DNA of 64,000 nucleotides from Botryllus schlosseri (Eukaryota), in assembly GCA_051294905.1 (NCBI GenBank), contig CM119371.1, forward strand, positions 17,548,001 to 17,612,000, written 5' to 3'. The first letter of the stretch is position 1. The number at the start of each line of letters is the position of its first letter. The translations under genes were made by a program, and so were the position numbers. This document shows, in pieces, positions 41,085-52,719 of the stretch. Under the pieces are notes generated by a model. It saw only the letters and a list, made by a program, of their open reading frames with translations. It was not told the DNA's origin and searched no databases.

Positions 41085-44053
41085 CTGTACAGTGTACAGA
41101 CATTTGCTATTCTCATGCTCATAAGACGAACTATGATTTGATATTAACTGAGGTTGATTCAACTTTTCGCGATTCAGTAATGATAATTCTAATCTAATTT
41201 GTTAGCTAGAATTATAATTTTAATCTAATTTCAAACTGAGTAGCTATAATTTTAATTCTACTTTAATTCGAAAAATAAAATCTAATTTGGAAAAAGGGAA
41301 CGTTTTCTAGTTGTCCAAGTCTGCCTGGTACATGCGGTTTATCCATAAATTTCCATCTTGTCGATGCCTAATTGCCCACACATCAGTGATCGAGTGTGAA
41401 TATGTTTCCTATAGCGGTAACTTCATCGTATCGGGCCACAGTCTGTACTGCAATGCCTTATCGAGTGAAACATCTGATTTTTTGTAAGTACTCTGTGAAA
41501 ATATATATACTTGGTAACGGCTTTTTGTGGACTTCGTTAAGTTATCATAGCGTATGTGCCTGTTAATTGGGTTGTGAGCATGCATTTTGATTTCAGGATG
41601 ATGCCACAAGTTCTTGCTGAAGATAGTGACTCAACCTTCGCTGTACAAAGAGTGTTTTGCGGAAACCTGGAGGAGGCGGCTTCCCAATATTACAGGGGCA
41701 ATATTCTTCGAGCAGTATTTTCAGTGAATTTTTTTCTCCGTCGCTGGGATCTCTGTTTTTGTTATTTCACGAACTATGTTTCCATTTTATGTTAATATGG
41801 TTCAATTGATATCGAATATATGCATTGCAATCAAGAATGTTTATATGCAATAGTGTGTCATTTGGCAGAAGATACAGGATTTCAAGTAGGGTGTATATAT
41901 TGAAATTCCGCCCCTATCAATTCTAATGGCTAGGGTGAGATATGCGATATACACCGCAAGGGATGGGGTGGATTCTGGTCATATACACCCGCAGGGTTAC
42001 GTAAGTTCTGTTTTCGTGTACCACCTTTTGGGGTGAGTATACCCACTCTTTTCGCTAAGAGTGTAGGCCATTTGCAGGACTTCGATCACGTGACTAGATA
42101 CGCATAGCAACCACAAATTGGTTAGCAAGCTACTTTCTCGCGCACCTGCTTCAGTGCTAAATATCGCATAGTGTACTGTTGATTTCTGGTTGTAAACGTT
42201 TCGGAAATTTGTTGTAGAAGTCATCAGAGATTTACCTATGCTAGATGTCAATCCTGTACAAAGCATATAGAATGATATCGTCAGAATTACGCAGAAATCC
42301 CTCGTTAACGTAGCCGTATTTCGGATACAGTATATTATCGTTTTCGGGCTGTAAACGTTTTATATAAAACGCAAGTGTCATGGAAATGCGCAAGGATTCA
42401 AATATGTTGGATGTCTTTGATTCATGAACTACGTAAACTCCTTGCGTCAAAATGATCGACATTGTAGCGGTTATTGGGTAGTGAACTATGATTTTATGAC
42501 ACAAAATTCGACATTGAATGACATAGACTGCGTGATATTTATTGCAGCATCAAGTTAGGTGTGGATAGTATTGTGACGGTGGGGGCTGTGTCGTGCCTGG
42601 AGCAGTAGATAGCTGACTGGCGACTGGCTGGCTGTCTTTAGGTTGGCGACTTCTTAACTCACAGTTTCACTCGGTTTCGGATGTATTTGCAGCAGAGGTA
42701 CGTTAGACGCTGAGGTGAATCTCAGATCTCAAGGGCCGTCACAGAGAAACGTGGGTTTATATACCCGAAAATGCGTAACAATGAATGCGATTGTAATGCG
42801 TTAGCCAATGAGAACGGGTTGGTAAAGTTCTAGTGACAGGAAAAAGGCAGTACTCTAGCTAGGACTATGTTTGGCGTAACAATGCCTACAAAGCCTGCGC
42901 AACACTAGCAGAGATAGTAGAGTTCTACAAGTTGTCATGATATACTAAAATCCTAATACAAGCAAAGTATATTTCCTTCATAACGGATGCCTGGCGTTAG
43001 CTAGGGACATTGGATTAAAAGGACCAGCGGTCTGCTACAGTATACTATACTATAGTTGTATTGTAGTGGTAGTTGGTAATCATTGCAGCATTTTGATGAT
43101 TGATATCGATTGCAATATATATAGGATACTGCTATTTTTAAGCCTAGAGACAATGACTGCCAGTGTCAGTACGTTGATGTGTTAGGAATTCATGCAATGT
43201 GCTACATACCATATATATATTAAACATCCTATGCTATTGTATGGCTTCTCAGTTAAACAATTCAAAATATTTAGACCTCTACACCTATACTACAAGCTAT
43301 TGATCACACTGTCATGCTGCCAAGTGCCACTACCCGAAGAAAAATGATCATCGGCTCCAATTGAGGGTGCAGCAAACTGTCTCGAGGCCTGGATTACTTG
43401 ATTGATTGCCTGGATTGGATTACTTCACTGTTTGGCACAGTGCAAATATCTTGAGTTTCAAGACATGGCTATACCACATGTATACGAATTAATGATCTGA
43501 TGGATTATCCCAAGAGAGCCGAACATAGGCAACTAAGAAATTGATGATGCCCTCGTCAAGAATTCAGCCTGGAGCCAATTATGATCACCACATAAAATTT
43601 GGTCATGCGGTAGAAGGCAGCGTGATTTCATGCCAACAGAAAATGTCAGCAGATGATCTGACCACTGACTAACTGTCCTGAACTTCTTTCCCGACATTGA
43701 TGTCTGCTTTGACAATGATATTTCATTTGTGTACAGCAAGATAAGCGCTCTTCCGTAGATGCTATGAATCTGTCTAGACAAGTGGCTATGGAGGTAGAGG
43801 AAAATACATAGGCATAAGAGTCTCGGCAGTTATTGAACTTGATAAGGTTGACATGCATTTTTTCTTCAACTATTTCTTATGCTCTGGGTATCGAATGCAA
43901 AACAAAAATTAATAAATTGCACATCTATCCAAGTTTATTTGTAAATTCAATAAATCAAAGAATATCATGAGTTCAGAATATTACGGAGTCAATGCAAAAG
44001 AAACAATGTTCGTCGTCTTTAGAGGATGTTTCTGAGTTGGTTGAACCAATACA

Positions 44054-44569
44054 CAGAGGGGGTCAGCAACGAAGTACTATTTTACCTGAGTACTAGCGTC
44101 ATTATGAGTTTAGGCTACTTCCACTTCCACTTGACACTTTTCAGGTAGTACTTTTTTGTCAGATTTGGGATTTTGTCAACTAGAAAGTAGCTTTGGCGCA
44201 TGATTGCATCCCCTTCAAGCGTGAGGTTGTCATAACAACTGGGCAAAATAGCCCCAGTACCACGGTAACTAAATTAATTTTTGAAAATTGCACCTATTTG
44301 TGGTGTCATTACCCTTTTGCGTTGATCAAGAAGATGCAACATGCAATGTTTACAGTTATCACGTGGCATTAATTTCTAAAACTAAGTGACCCTCAACCAA
44401 ATCTACTTCATGTAACGAATTTCTTGGCTACTTTTCAGAAATTCATTTCTACTTCCACTTGAAGTACTTTGGACATGTCCTGGAAGTACCTAGTGCTACT
44501 TGTACTGGAGTATAAATTAAGGCGTTACTTCTACTCGGTTCCCAACAATGACCACGTTGACCACCTCTG
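44054..44569. mobile_element. CAGAGGTGGTCA-family element with TACTT/AAGTAG repeats
   Basis: Ends CAGAGGGGGTCA/TGACCACCTCTG; relatives at ~3460-3667, ~7400-7587 and 55963-57234. Confidence 0.7.
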
Positions 44570-45069
44570 GGTATAGGATGACCGATCTTGTCACTGCGTT
44601 TGAGCTGCTCTAAGAGTTATTTGATCGTCACTTCCCTTAGTTCGCTAAATAGCGCACATGTGACATCAACTATTTATCAAAATCGCGTGTGATTTGCCAA
44701 ATCCACTTCAATCGCAGTTGCGAAGTAGTGCTAATAAAATTGGCATTGTATAAGGCAACAATAAAGTGCACTGCTTTGCTTAGTCTTGATGTCTGGTTCC
44801 CCCAAAAGATACTTCCGATGTGTTCAGCGACATTGTTTTATGGCAGTGGCTATTCGTCCGGAACCGTGTGACGTAACTATCCGAAATAAATGTTTTGTGT
44901 GACGTAACTGTTAAAAACCAACATACTACATACTGGGATTATTGAGTATTGACGGACTTTGGCTGTTTATGTGTTTAGGTTATCGGTACACGATAGCGCC
45001 ATGCTCTTAAATATATCGAATTCATTGTTTGTATGGCAGCACACAGTGAATCTCAAAGACACAGTACAC

Positions 45070-46042
45070 CAGGGGCGGGCAACTTCTCCAGTCGGCGGGC
45101 CGGATATAGAAAAATTAAGTACTTGGCGGGCCGGATTGCTGAATCGATACATTTTTCGCCCATTTATCTACATATACAAGGTGTAAATCGTATTTAATGA
45201 ATGTATTTAACGACAAATGTATATCTTTCGTAAATAATTGTAGGATATATTTTGAACTCGTGAAAGATATATTAAAAATATCTTTAATATGTATTGTGTT
45301 TGATGGGAGCAATGTAACTTCTAAGCCATTTCTCGCCGATAATGACGAAGACATTGCGGATTGAGAACAACATTCTCATACAGGCGCCGCCATGTCTGCT
45401 TCTCTCTGATCAATGAACACACGGTGCAATCACTAAATAAGATTTCAAGGCGTTCGATAAGCCGGATAGCCCAAATTTACCAAGATATCAATTCATGAGG
45501 GCTGAGTATATAGGTGACGAGATAGCGTCGTTGTTCAACTGTGTGGTCAACTGTGTGGTATATTTCATCTCGATATTGAATTCATGCGGACCGCGGCTTC
45601 TACGACATTTGAAAAGTGGCCCGCGACCTGTTTTGAGTTGGCGACCCCTGGCATAAGCGGTGTCTTACAAAAGCCTAGAAGGGTACCGCGCTGCAAGTCG
45701 GTGGCTACGGAATCAAAAATAAGAAATATCCGCCTGTGTAAATGACTATTGTAGTCGACAAACACCATGATTACCACAAACGATATTAGGGTTGAGTACA
45801 TCGTAAATGCCGATAATGTAAGTCTTGCCTCTTCAACGAACTTATGCGTAAGCTCTACTCTGGCACGCTGCGCAGTGCTTATACATGTATATAATAACAC
45901 AGTCACTAAAATTTGACGTATAGTAAGCAAGTAGCGGGAAATCTCGGCAGACTGTAGTCGCGGGCCAAATTATTATATAAGACGGAAAACTGTCCGCGGG
46001 CCGGACAAAATCCCTTCGCGGGCCGTATGTTGCCCACCCCTG
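45070..46042. mobile_element. Buster-type hAT MITE
   Basis: CAGGGGCGGGCAAC/GTTGCCCACCCCTG; perfect TSD CAGTACAC. Confidence 0.9.
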
Positions 46043-46069
46043 CAGTACACGATGCGTGAGCATGAGCAG

Positions 46070-46603
46070 TAGGGCTGTTCAAAATTAACATTTTTTTCGC
46101 GATTCAAGCCGGTCACCTCTTAAATCGTCTGGTTGCAGTAGAAAACCTTGCTCACCAAATTTCACTCGATTCCAACCGGTAAAGGCCTCCGCAGATCCAA
46201 TTAAAACTTTTAATTTATTATGGAAAATTGAAAAATTTCCAAATTTTTCTGCCAACCCCATGAAATTGTTGAGCTGTCTTCAGAGACGTTGCAAAACAAA
46301 TTTGAGTCAATTCCGACCAGTAGAAGCGGAGTTATGTGAGTTTTCCGTTGATAAATCGCTGATTATCCACCAATCAAGGATAATCCGAAGACAGCTCAAC
46401 AATTTCATGGGGTTGGCAGAAAAATTTGGAAGATTTTATTTTTTAATTTCCCATAATAAATTAAAAATTTTAATTGGATCTGCGGAGACCTATACTTGTT
46501 AGAATCGAACCAAATTTGGTGTGCAGCGTTTTTTAGGGTAACCTGACAATTTAATCAGTGAATGGCTGGAATCCGAAAAAAAAGTTATTTTTGAACAGCC
46601 TTA
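46070..46603. mobile_element. Palindromic TAGGGCTGTTCAA MITE
   Basis: TAGGGCTGTTCAAAA/TTTTGAACAGCCTTA; perfect 8-bp TSD ATGAGCAG. Confidence 0.9.
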
Positions 46604-47420
46604 ATGAGCAGTGAGCACGCGGTACATTGTGCAGTGGAATGATTTCCAGTCCAGCATTGTCCACTGCTATGCGATGGTACCATACGAAGAAAAATTTAAG
46701 CAAAGTACCGCATCTCTGCTATGCTAACTCTGCTTTGCAGACTTAACAATAAATAATCGCCGTCTTTTCCCAAAAGCAATTTTTGTGGTGCATTGAACTG
46801 ATAAAAAATGCTAATAAACCGAACTGAATTGATATTAGACCTGGTATTTGGACACTGGTTCAACTCGCCCTGTTTTCATCTCTATCTTTCCAGCACGTCT
46901 GCTGGGAGATGAAGAAGATATATATCGTAACCCGGGATATATGGCGTTGTGGATGCCTGTATTCTGTACCTCATGTACAACGACTAATTCATTTTCATTG
47001 ACTGATGAAGGCATCTCGATGGTATTACAGACACGTTGCAATACAATTACACATTAGGATCAACAAAAAGTATACAAAAACTACAGCCAGCAAGGACAAA
47101 AGTCTACAGTCGCGCTGTAGCGAAATGATCGGGAGATCATCATAGAAACGAATGCGAAATAATCAGTGTTCAGTTCATGCAGGAGTAATTTGATGGTATT
47201 GTGATAGAGAGCAACTGCGATAACTGCCAGAGTCTTCTTAGTTCTTACTACTCGTAGTCTACCTACGTGGATCCTCCAATCGTCAATCCAATCTGTCAAT
47301 TTTATGAAGTATAGAATGCATGTTATATTTGAGCACGGCGCTTGTAATTCATTTTCGTAGTGATTATTGTCGGGTCATACATTTTCAAATACACACACGT
47401 AAAATGCGATATACAGGACA

Positions 47421-47770
47421 TAATATGATGTGATGTAATGAACAGAACAGACATTAGGATGCCGGAAGACCATAGTATCTCAATCCGATTTCCACCTCAG
47501 CTTCGTGTAGGTTCGATCTTGATCTTGTCGCGTTTCCATTTTCAGACAGCCCTTACTTTTTTGTTTTCATTCGATTCTTTGTTCCGGTAAAGAGATTGTA
47601 GGATTGTACAATCTCTATAGTTCCGGTCCTTCAACTAGTCTCTCTCTCCGCTTATCGACGACTTAGGACCGAGTAACACTGGGCTAAAGTAGCCCAGATA
47701 ATCCTCTGGTAATTGAACCCAAGCCGCTAGCGTTGTAGATGGCGGAAGTCACCATTACGCTAGAGTTCCC
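47421..47770 (-). mobile_element. tRNA-derived SINE (minus strand)
   Basis: Reverse complement begins GGGAACTCTAGCGTAATGGT..GGGTTCAATTACC (A/B-box-like) and ends in a CATCA-type repeat tail. Confidence 0.6.
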
Positions 47771-49984
47771 TTGTTGGGATATTAGTAGAGATAGGTAACC
47801 AGCGACGGTATTATGTTCCGGTAATATACAGCGATAAACTAAACATGCAAACGTTAAACAGCCGAAGTCCGTCAACTCAGCAACGTCAGTATGCTGGCGG
47901 CGCATAATTACGTCACACATCAGATGCTGGCGGTGCTTAGTTACGTCACACAGTTCCGGACGAATATCCTGGACTATGGCTGCGGGCTATTCATCCGGTT
48001 TCGGACGAATAGCCAATGCCTTGTTTTATAGCAGCACGACAGCACCCAAACCAGCAGACAGTATATCCTGATCCTTGCGGGTCCCGGCTGCTTCAGTCAT
48101 ATCTTCCATCCAAAATCAGGCTCCTCAACAGACAAATAGTACTGCTTGAACTAACAAATACTCTTACCAGAATATAAACCAATCGCTTTACTTCAAATGC
48201 ATAAATTTAAGTACATATGATCAGAGTTGAGTACCGTAATACGACTACGTTACCGATGGATTTCTGCGTAATTCTGACGATATCATTCTAAATGCTTTGT
48301 ACAGGATTGACATCTAGCATAGGTAAATCTCTGATGACTTCTACAACAAATTTCCGAAACGTTTACAACCAGAATCAACAGTACACTATGCGATATTTAG
48401 CACTGAAGCAGGTGCGCGAGAAAGTAGCTTGCTAACCAATTTGTGGTTGCTATGCGTATCTAGTCACGTGATCGAAGTCCTGCAAATGGCCTATTGTAAT
48501 AAGCTTCGAAAAATATCATATGGCTCTCACTGTAATACATTCAAAAAGATGTAACTCGCAAAAGATCTATGTAACTCAGCTCTTGCGTGCTCAAAGAAGG
48601 TAAACAACATGATTGGGGCGAGTTTTTACAGAGAAAATATGGCGCACACGACGAATCCCATGTCATAGAGAGTTTGAATTAGCTCTACCATGACGTCACG
48701 AGTTTTCAATTGTGACGTGACAATTGATTGTCATGTATGGCTCTTTGGGAGTTATAATGGAAAATATCGGTCCAATATGGCTCTTCAGACGAAAAAGGTT
48801 CCCGACCACTGCTGTATACAGTCGATGGGCAATGCTTTGCCAGTGTGACGTCATATTGACAGATAATGTGTTATAACTCATTTTGAATCCGCTAGTGGGC
48901 GCTTAAGAGTGTCTGGAATTAGCTTCACAAAAATGTGGTAACCATATTCTTAACCAGTGTTGCACGGAACACCAGGGGTTCCGCCAACCAGCCTCAGGGG
49001 TTCCAAAGGAGGTCAAGACAGTAGACACACAAAACTGACCAAACCCATACACATGATTACTGATGACACACCATGGTACCGTGCAGACTTGGACAACCAG
49101 AATATTTTCAGCTTTTCCCAATTACATTCGAATTAGAATAAGAGCTGCACAAGTTCTTTTTAAATTAGAGTAGAATTCGAATTAGAGCTACTCAGCTTTT
49201 TCGAAATTCGATTAGAATTAGAATTAGAGCTACACATTTTTTCCAAATAAGATTAGAATTAGAATTAGTGAATTCGCCATAACTTGGAAATTGAATGAAA
49301 TTGTGAATGATAAATGAATAGAGCAAACACTAGTGGTTAACTGGGCCATTTTCAGGAGTTCCGTGAGTCAGGAGCTCAAGACACGCACTTAACCCATACA
49401 TTGATTTGTGTTGCCTATATTTGGGCCGATCAAAAGTCGAATGGTGAGTTTGTGACTGTTGTTGTCGTGATAGGTCCTGTGCAATGGCGTGTGCATGGGA
49501 AGTTAGGATTCGAAATCGATGCCCAGCCCTTCTATCTATTCCAATTTTATCTTCAATATTTGTAATATCATTTGTACACAAGCAAATGGTATCACGCTTT
49601 CATTTCGATCGAACAAAACGATGAAATTGTAAGCCTCGCATTTCTGAATGGGTATCTGAAAAGGAATAGCAGATTTTCAATGAATTTTCATTGTAGTGTT
49701 TTCGTTCTTAGTGGAAATCTCATTTTAAAGGTTTTGCTCTTTTAGCACTCTGTCGATGCACAGCTCCTTTGCGCACCAGCAATCTATAGTAATGTAATTC
49801 CGATGTGTATTGTGTTATATTTCTTTTCATTGACTCGGCGAAAATTTCGGATTCCGTGAAGGATTGCAGATTAGCGTAAGCGTTCCGCGAGAGAGTAAAG
49901 GTTATAAGCCACTGATCTAGATATCAAACATTATACTAATCGTCCTGGAAAAAAGTTCTATTACCTTAATCATCTCGTGTCCAG

Positions 49985-50220
49985 GTAAATGTGCAATTGA
50001 ATGGGATGGTATCTGCTTCTTCGCCTTATTTTATCATCACGGCCAAATGAATCAAGAAGCTGCAAGATTATCTTGCAAAAAACGAGGCGCCGAGCTTGCT
50101 AATATCTATGCGGAGGATCAATACAACGCGATCACCAAATATCTGAGACCATATATCGCTGCCAGAAATGATGAAGGAATTGAAATTGGAGTCAGAACTG
50201 GAATGACATACGAGCCGAAG
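49985..50220 (+). CDS. C-type-lectin-like protein copy B, exon 2
   Basis: CCAG| acceptor, 236 bp, (G)KCAIEWDGICFFALF...ARLSCKKRGAELANI...VRTGMTYEPK, AAG|GTACGA donor; phase matches exon 1. Confidence 0.9.
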
Positions 50221-50739
50221 GTACGAAACATTTTTTCTGTAAAAATATACATCTACAATCCACAATGATTTATCGTCAGTACGTAGAATCTGTCACAGCA
50301 GCTAGCCATTCCATCCTCGTTGGCACTCACGCGCATGAGGCTGCATGCACGATTGACATGTGTCCAGTGAAGGACACTATGGATTCACCAAGCCATCTGC
50401 AGCGAGCCCCGTGGGCACAGTACACACCACATTCAGCATAACTCTCCAACGGCAATATATAACATTCTCGAAACCCATGTTGCTACACATGTAACACGGT
50501 TCGCACGAAGAGTCACCCAGATAATTAAAGTAATCTCGATGACAACCATTGAATTGATGTACGATATGAATCACTGATTGCCTACAGTTACCGTCGATGA
50601 AAATGTTCGGATTGTTGGAATTTAACCGGACTAGCATCCGAAAAATTTTGCTGAAATTGGATTACTTAGACTATTTTTACTTAGTCGCGTTGACGGCCTA
50701 ATATGCAACTGCATTACGGTGGAATCATTACTTTTCTAG

Positions 50740-50931
50740 TCGCAAATCGTTTACCTCGCCGATGGCAGTGAAGCGCCGTTCGTGCAATGGAGAACAGATT
50801 ATCCTTCAGCATCATCGGACGGAACAACTGTGGTCCTTGCCGTGGGTCCCGAGAGTATTACGGATCGTAATGGGATGTACAACTGGAGGTCCTCTGGAGG
50901 GGACACGGCGCTATGCCAAGTAAATATTTAA
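50740..50931 (+). CDS. C-type-lectin-like protein copy B, exon 3 (terminal)
   Basis: CTTTTCTAG| acceptor; SQIVYLADGSEAPFVQWRTDYP...NGMYNW...ALCQVNI*; AATAAA ~55 bp downstream. Confidence 0.9.
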   Translation, partial: SQIVYLADGSEAPFVQWRTDYPSASSDGTTVVLAVGPESITDRNGMYNWRSSGGDTALCQVNI

Positions 50932-52719
50932 ATGCAAGAAATCTCACAAATGAACGGATTAAAATATACGTTGACTATATATCCGAATAAAACGATATTG
51001 GTAAAAGGTTGTTTTCAGGAGTCGTTGGCGGGCTCGGCGTAGGTATGTAGCTATTGTGGCGCTGCTGCAGCTGATTCACCGATTACGCATAATCCGTTAT
51101 AACTCAGAACCCTAAACCTATACTGAATCGCAGCCATATCTATGCCCTCCAATTAATCACCATGTCGGTAAAAAGCAGCTGTAGAAGCTGACGTCAAACT
51201 TGCAAAACGGCCGCTAAATAAATTCGTATTTTTTTAAATATAGCAATCACGAAGCAGTTTCGTTTCATAACTCTTAAAACTTCAGGACTCACATAAACAG
51301 AATGACCGTCTGAGATGAAATATTCTACTGTGTAAACTCTTTTTGATTGACAAATTACCATTATCCCACTGATACAAACATATTGCTGTTGTTTTGTTGG
51401 GGTTTTGTAAAAATTTGTGAGCAAAAATTGATTTTCTCCTGTGATGTATACATGACCGTTATTCCAGAATAACTTCAGGATGAGCTGAATGATTAGGTTG
51501 GGCATTTTATTGTTGCCACATGTGTTGCGATCATACCCAAAAGTGTCGTCGGAAGCGTTATGCCTTAATATTGCAGTCGCCAACACTTATCTTTCTGCAA
51601 ATGGATTTTCGGCACGCGTTCATATGAAATCGAAGGCGCGGAATTCAAGACACGGTCGCGTATTTCAATAAATGGAGTCACAGAATGAGCTTTAAAATAA
51701 TATAAGACCACCCAATGTCTGCATAAATAGTATGATGTCATTTTCAAGTGAGTTTGTTGCTTTTCATCGCTAGCCTACTGTTAATATTTTCACAAAACAG
51801 ATGACGGACGCACGATGATACAGGTGAATATATGAATTAAAACCGTGGAGGTCCGCGGGGCCTTTGCGTTCCAAAAGGGGCCCGCGAAGACAAAAAGATT
51901 GAGAACCATTGGTCCATCACATCAAAATATATATAATTAAACTTCGTCAGTGTAAGATCATAAAAACAATTAATTTGCAGATGTACCGGTAACAGTACAT
52001 TACGTAGACCAGGGGTTCTCAACCCGCGGGCCGCATGCGGCCCGCAGACGTATATTTTGCGGCCAGCGACATCTTTCATTATGAACGCAATTACTAATGA
52101 CACGGTATTGTTACAAATTATTTAGATACTTAGTTCTTTTATCGCACCGTCTCTGTTTCGTTTGATTACTCATTCTTGAAGACAGTGGTTCTCAAACTGG
52201 GGGCACGCGCTCCCTTTGGTGTGTGAAGCATCTGAAGGGGACGCGAAGCTGTGGTCAACTGAAAAAAAATTTCGCGCTGCGCGCAATTTATCCCCAATTC
52301 ATAGTTATTTCTCTGTGTATAGTCCGAATTTCATATTTGAGAATTCTCTAATCAACGGCTATAACCTTCCATGCCATCAAACTAGCCGTTTGTATTGCTA
52401 GCATTCTGGTTGCATTTTGTTATATGACGATAAGGGGGCACGAAATTTTTCCCTATGAAGAGGGGGGGCGTGACTAAAAAAAGTTTGAGACCACTGCTTC
52501 AATGTGTTCTCGTTTCTTGATATATGCTCGACTTCAGATTGTTATTGTTTTGAATCGTTATTCGGCTGGACTCTGGTTCAAGAGAATCCGGGTACTTAGT
52601 AGGCCTCCACTTTTAAAGAGTGATTGACTCACTGCGATCGGTTGTTGAGATTGCCGACGACGTTACAGACGCATCGTTTAAAATTGCTTCGAATATCCCT
52701 AAACCCAAGAAATCTGATA

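Larger units (their letters stand above)
31020..42063 (+). mobile_element. CACTA/EnSpm-like (CMC) element with a decayed spliced internal gene
   Basis: TA|CACTGTAAACGATAATGGTGTGT...; right end reverse-complements to CACTCTTAGCGAAAAGAGTGGGT (16/23 match) and is followed by TA; ACACCC/GGGTG subterminal repeats at both ends; several AG..GT exon-like segments inside. Confidence 0.6.
44842..48020. mobile_element. TIR element with 9-bp TSD (Mutator- or Merlin-like)
   Basis: TIR GGCAGTGGCTATTCGTCCGGAACC / GGTTTCGGACGAATAGCCAATGCC; perfect TSD TTGTTTTAT; GTGTGACGTAA subterminal repeats on both sides. Confidence 0.85.
42066..48491 (+). mobile_element. ISL2EU/IS4EU-like (PIF/Harbinger group) element with ~255-bp TIRs
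   Basis: TA|GGCCATTTGCAGG...CCTGCAAATGGCC|TA; 42066-~42320 and ~48238-48491 are near-identical inverted copies; degenerate YqaJ-ORF-like peptides at 43501 (WIIPREPNIGN*EIDDALVK) and 43764 (MNLSRQVAMEVEENT*A*ES..IRLT). Confidence 0.75.
28510..48811. mobile_element. Buster-type hAT spanning 20.3 kb
   Basis: Perfect 16-bp TIR CAGTGGTCGGGAACCT/AGGTTCCCGACCACTG; perfect TSD CTGTATAC; ATGGCTCTT subterminal motifs at both ends. Confidence 0.9.
27547..48946. mobile_element. Tip100-like hAT inserted into the left TIR of the outer element
   Basis: Ends TAGAGTGGCCATAC / ATGTGGTAACCATA with GTC(C/T)GGA subterminal motifs; degenerate TSD TTC-AAAC/TTCTTAAC; excision rejoins CAGTGG+TTCTTAACCAGTGTT. Confidence 0.6.
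27534..49914. mobile_element. Outermost Buster-type hAT element in lectin B intron 1 (~1 kb native, 22.4 kb with nested cargo)
   Basis: Perfect 8-bp TSD ATCTAGAT (27526-27533, 49915-49922); CAGTGG..CCACTG termini; removing it restores an intron alignable with copies A and C. Confidence 0.85.

Noticed and set aside
42400..42990. Possible minus-strand solo LTR (TATA, CCAAT, AATAAA)
   Set aside because: TG..CA termini and a TSD could not be identified.
48330..48362. CTGATGA...GAAAC hammerhead-like motif
   Set aside because: The intervening sequence cannot form stem II; probably chance within a TIR.
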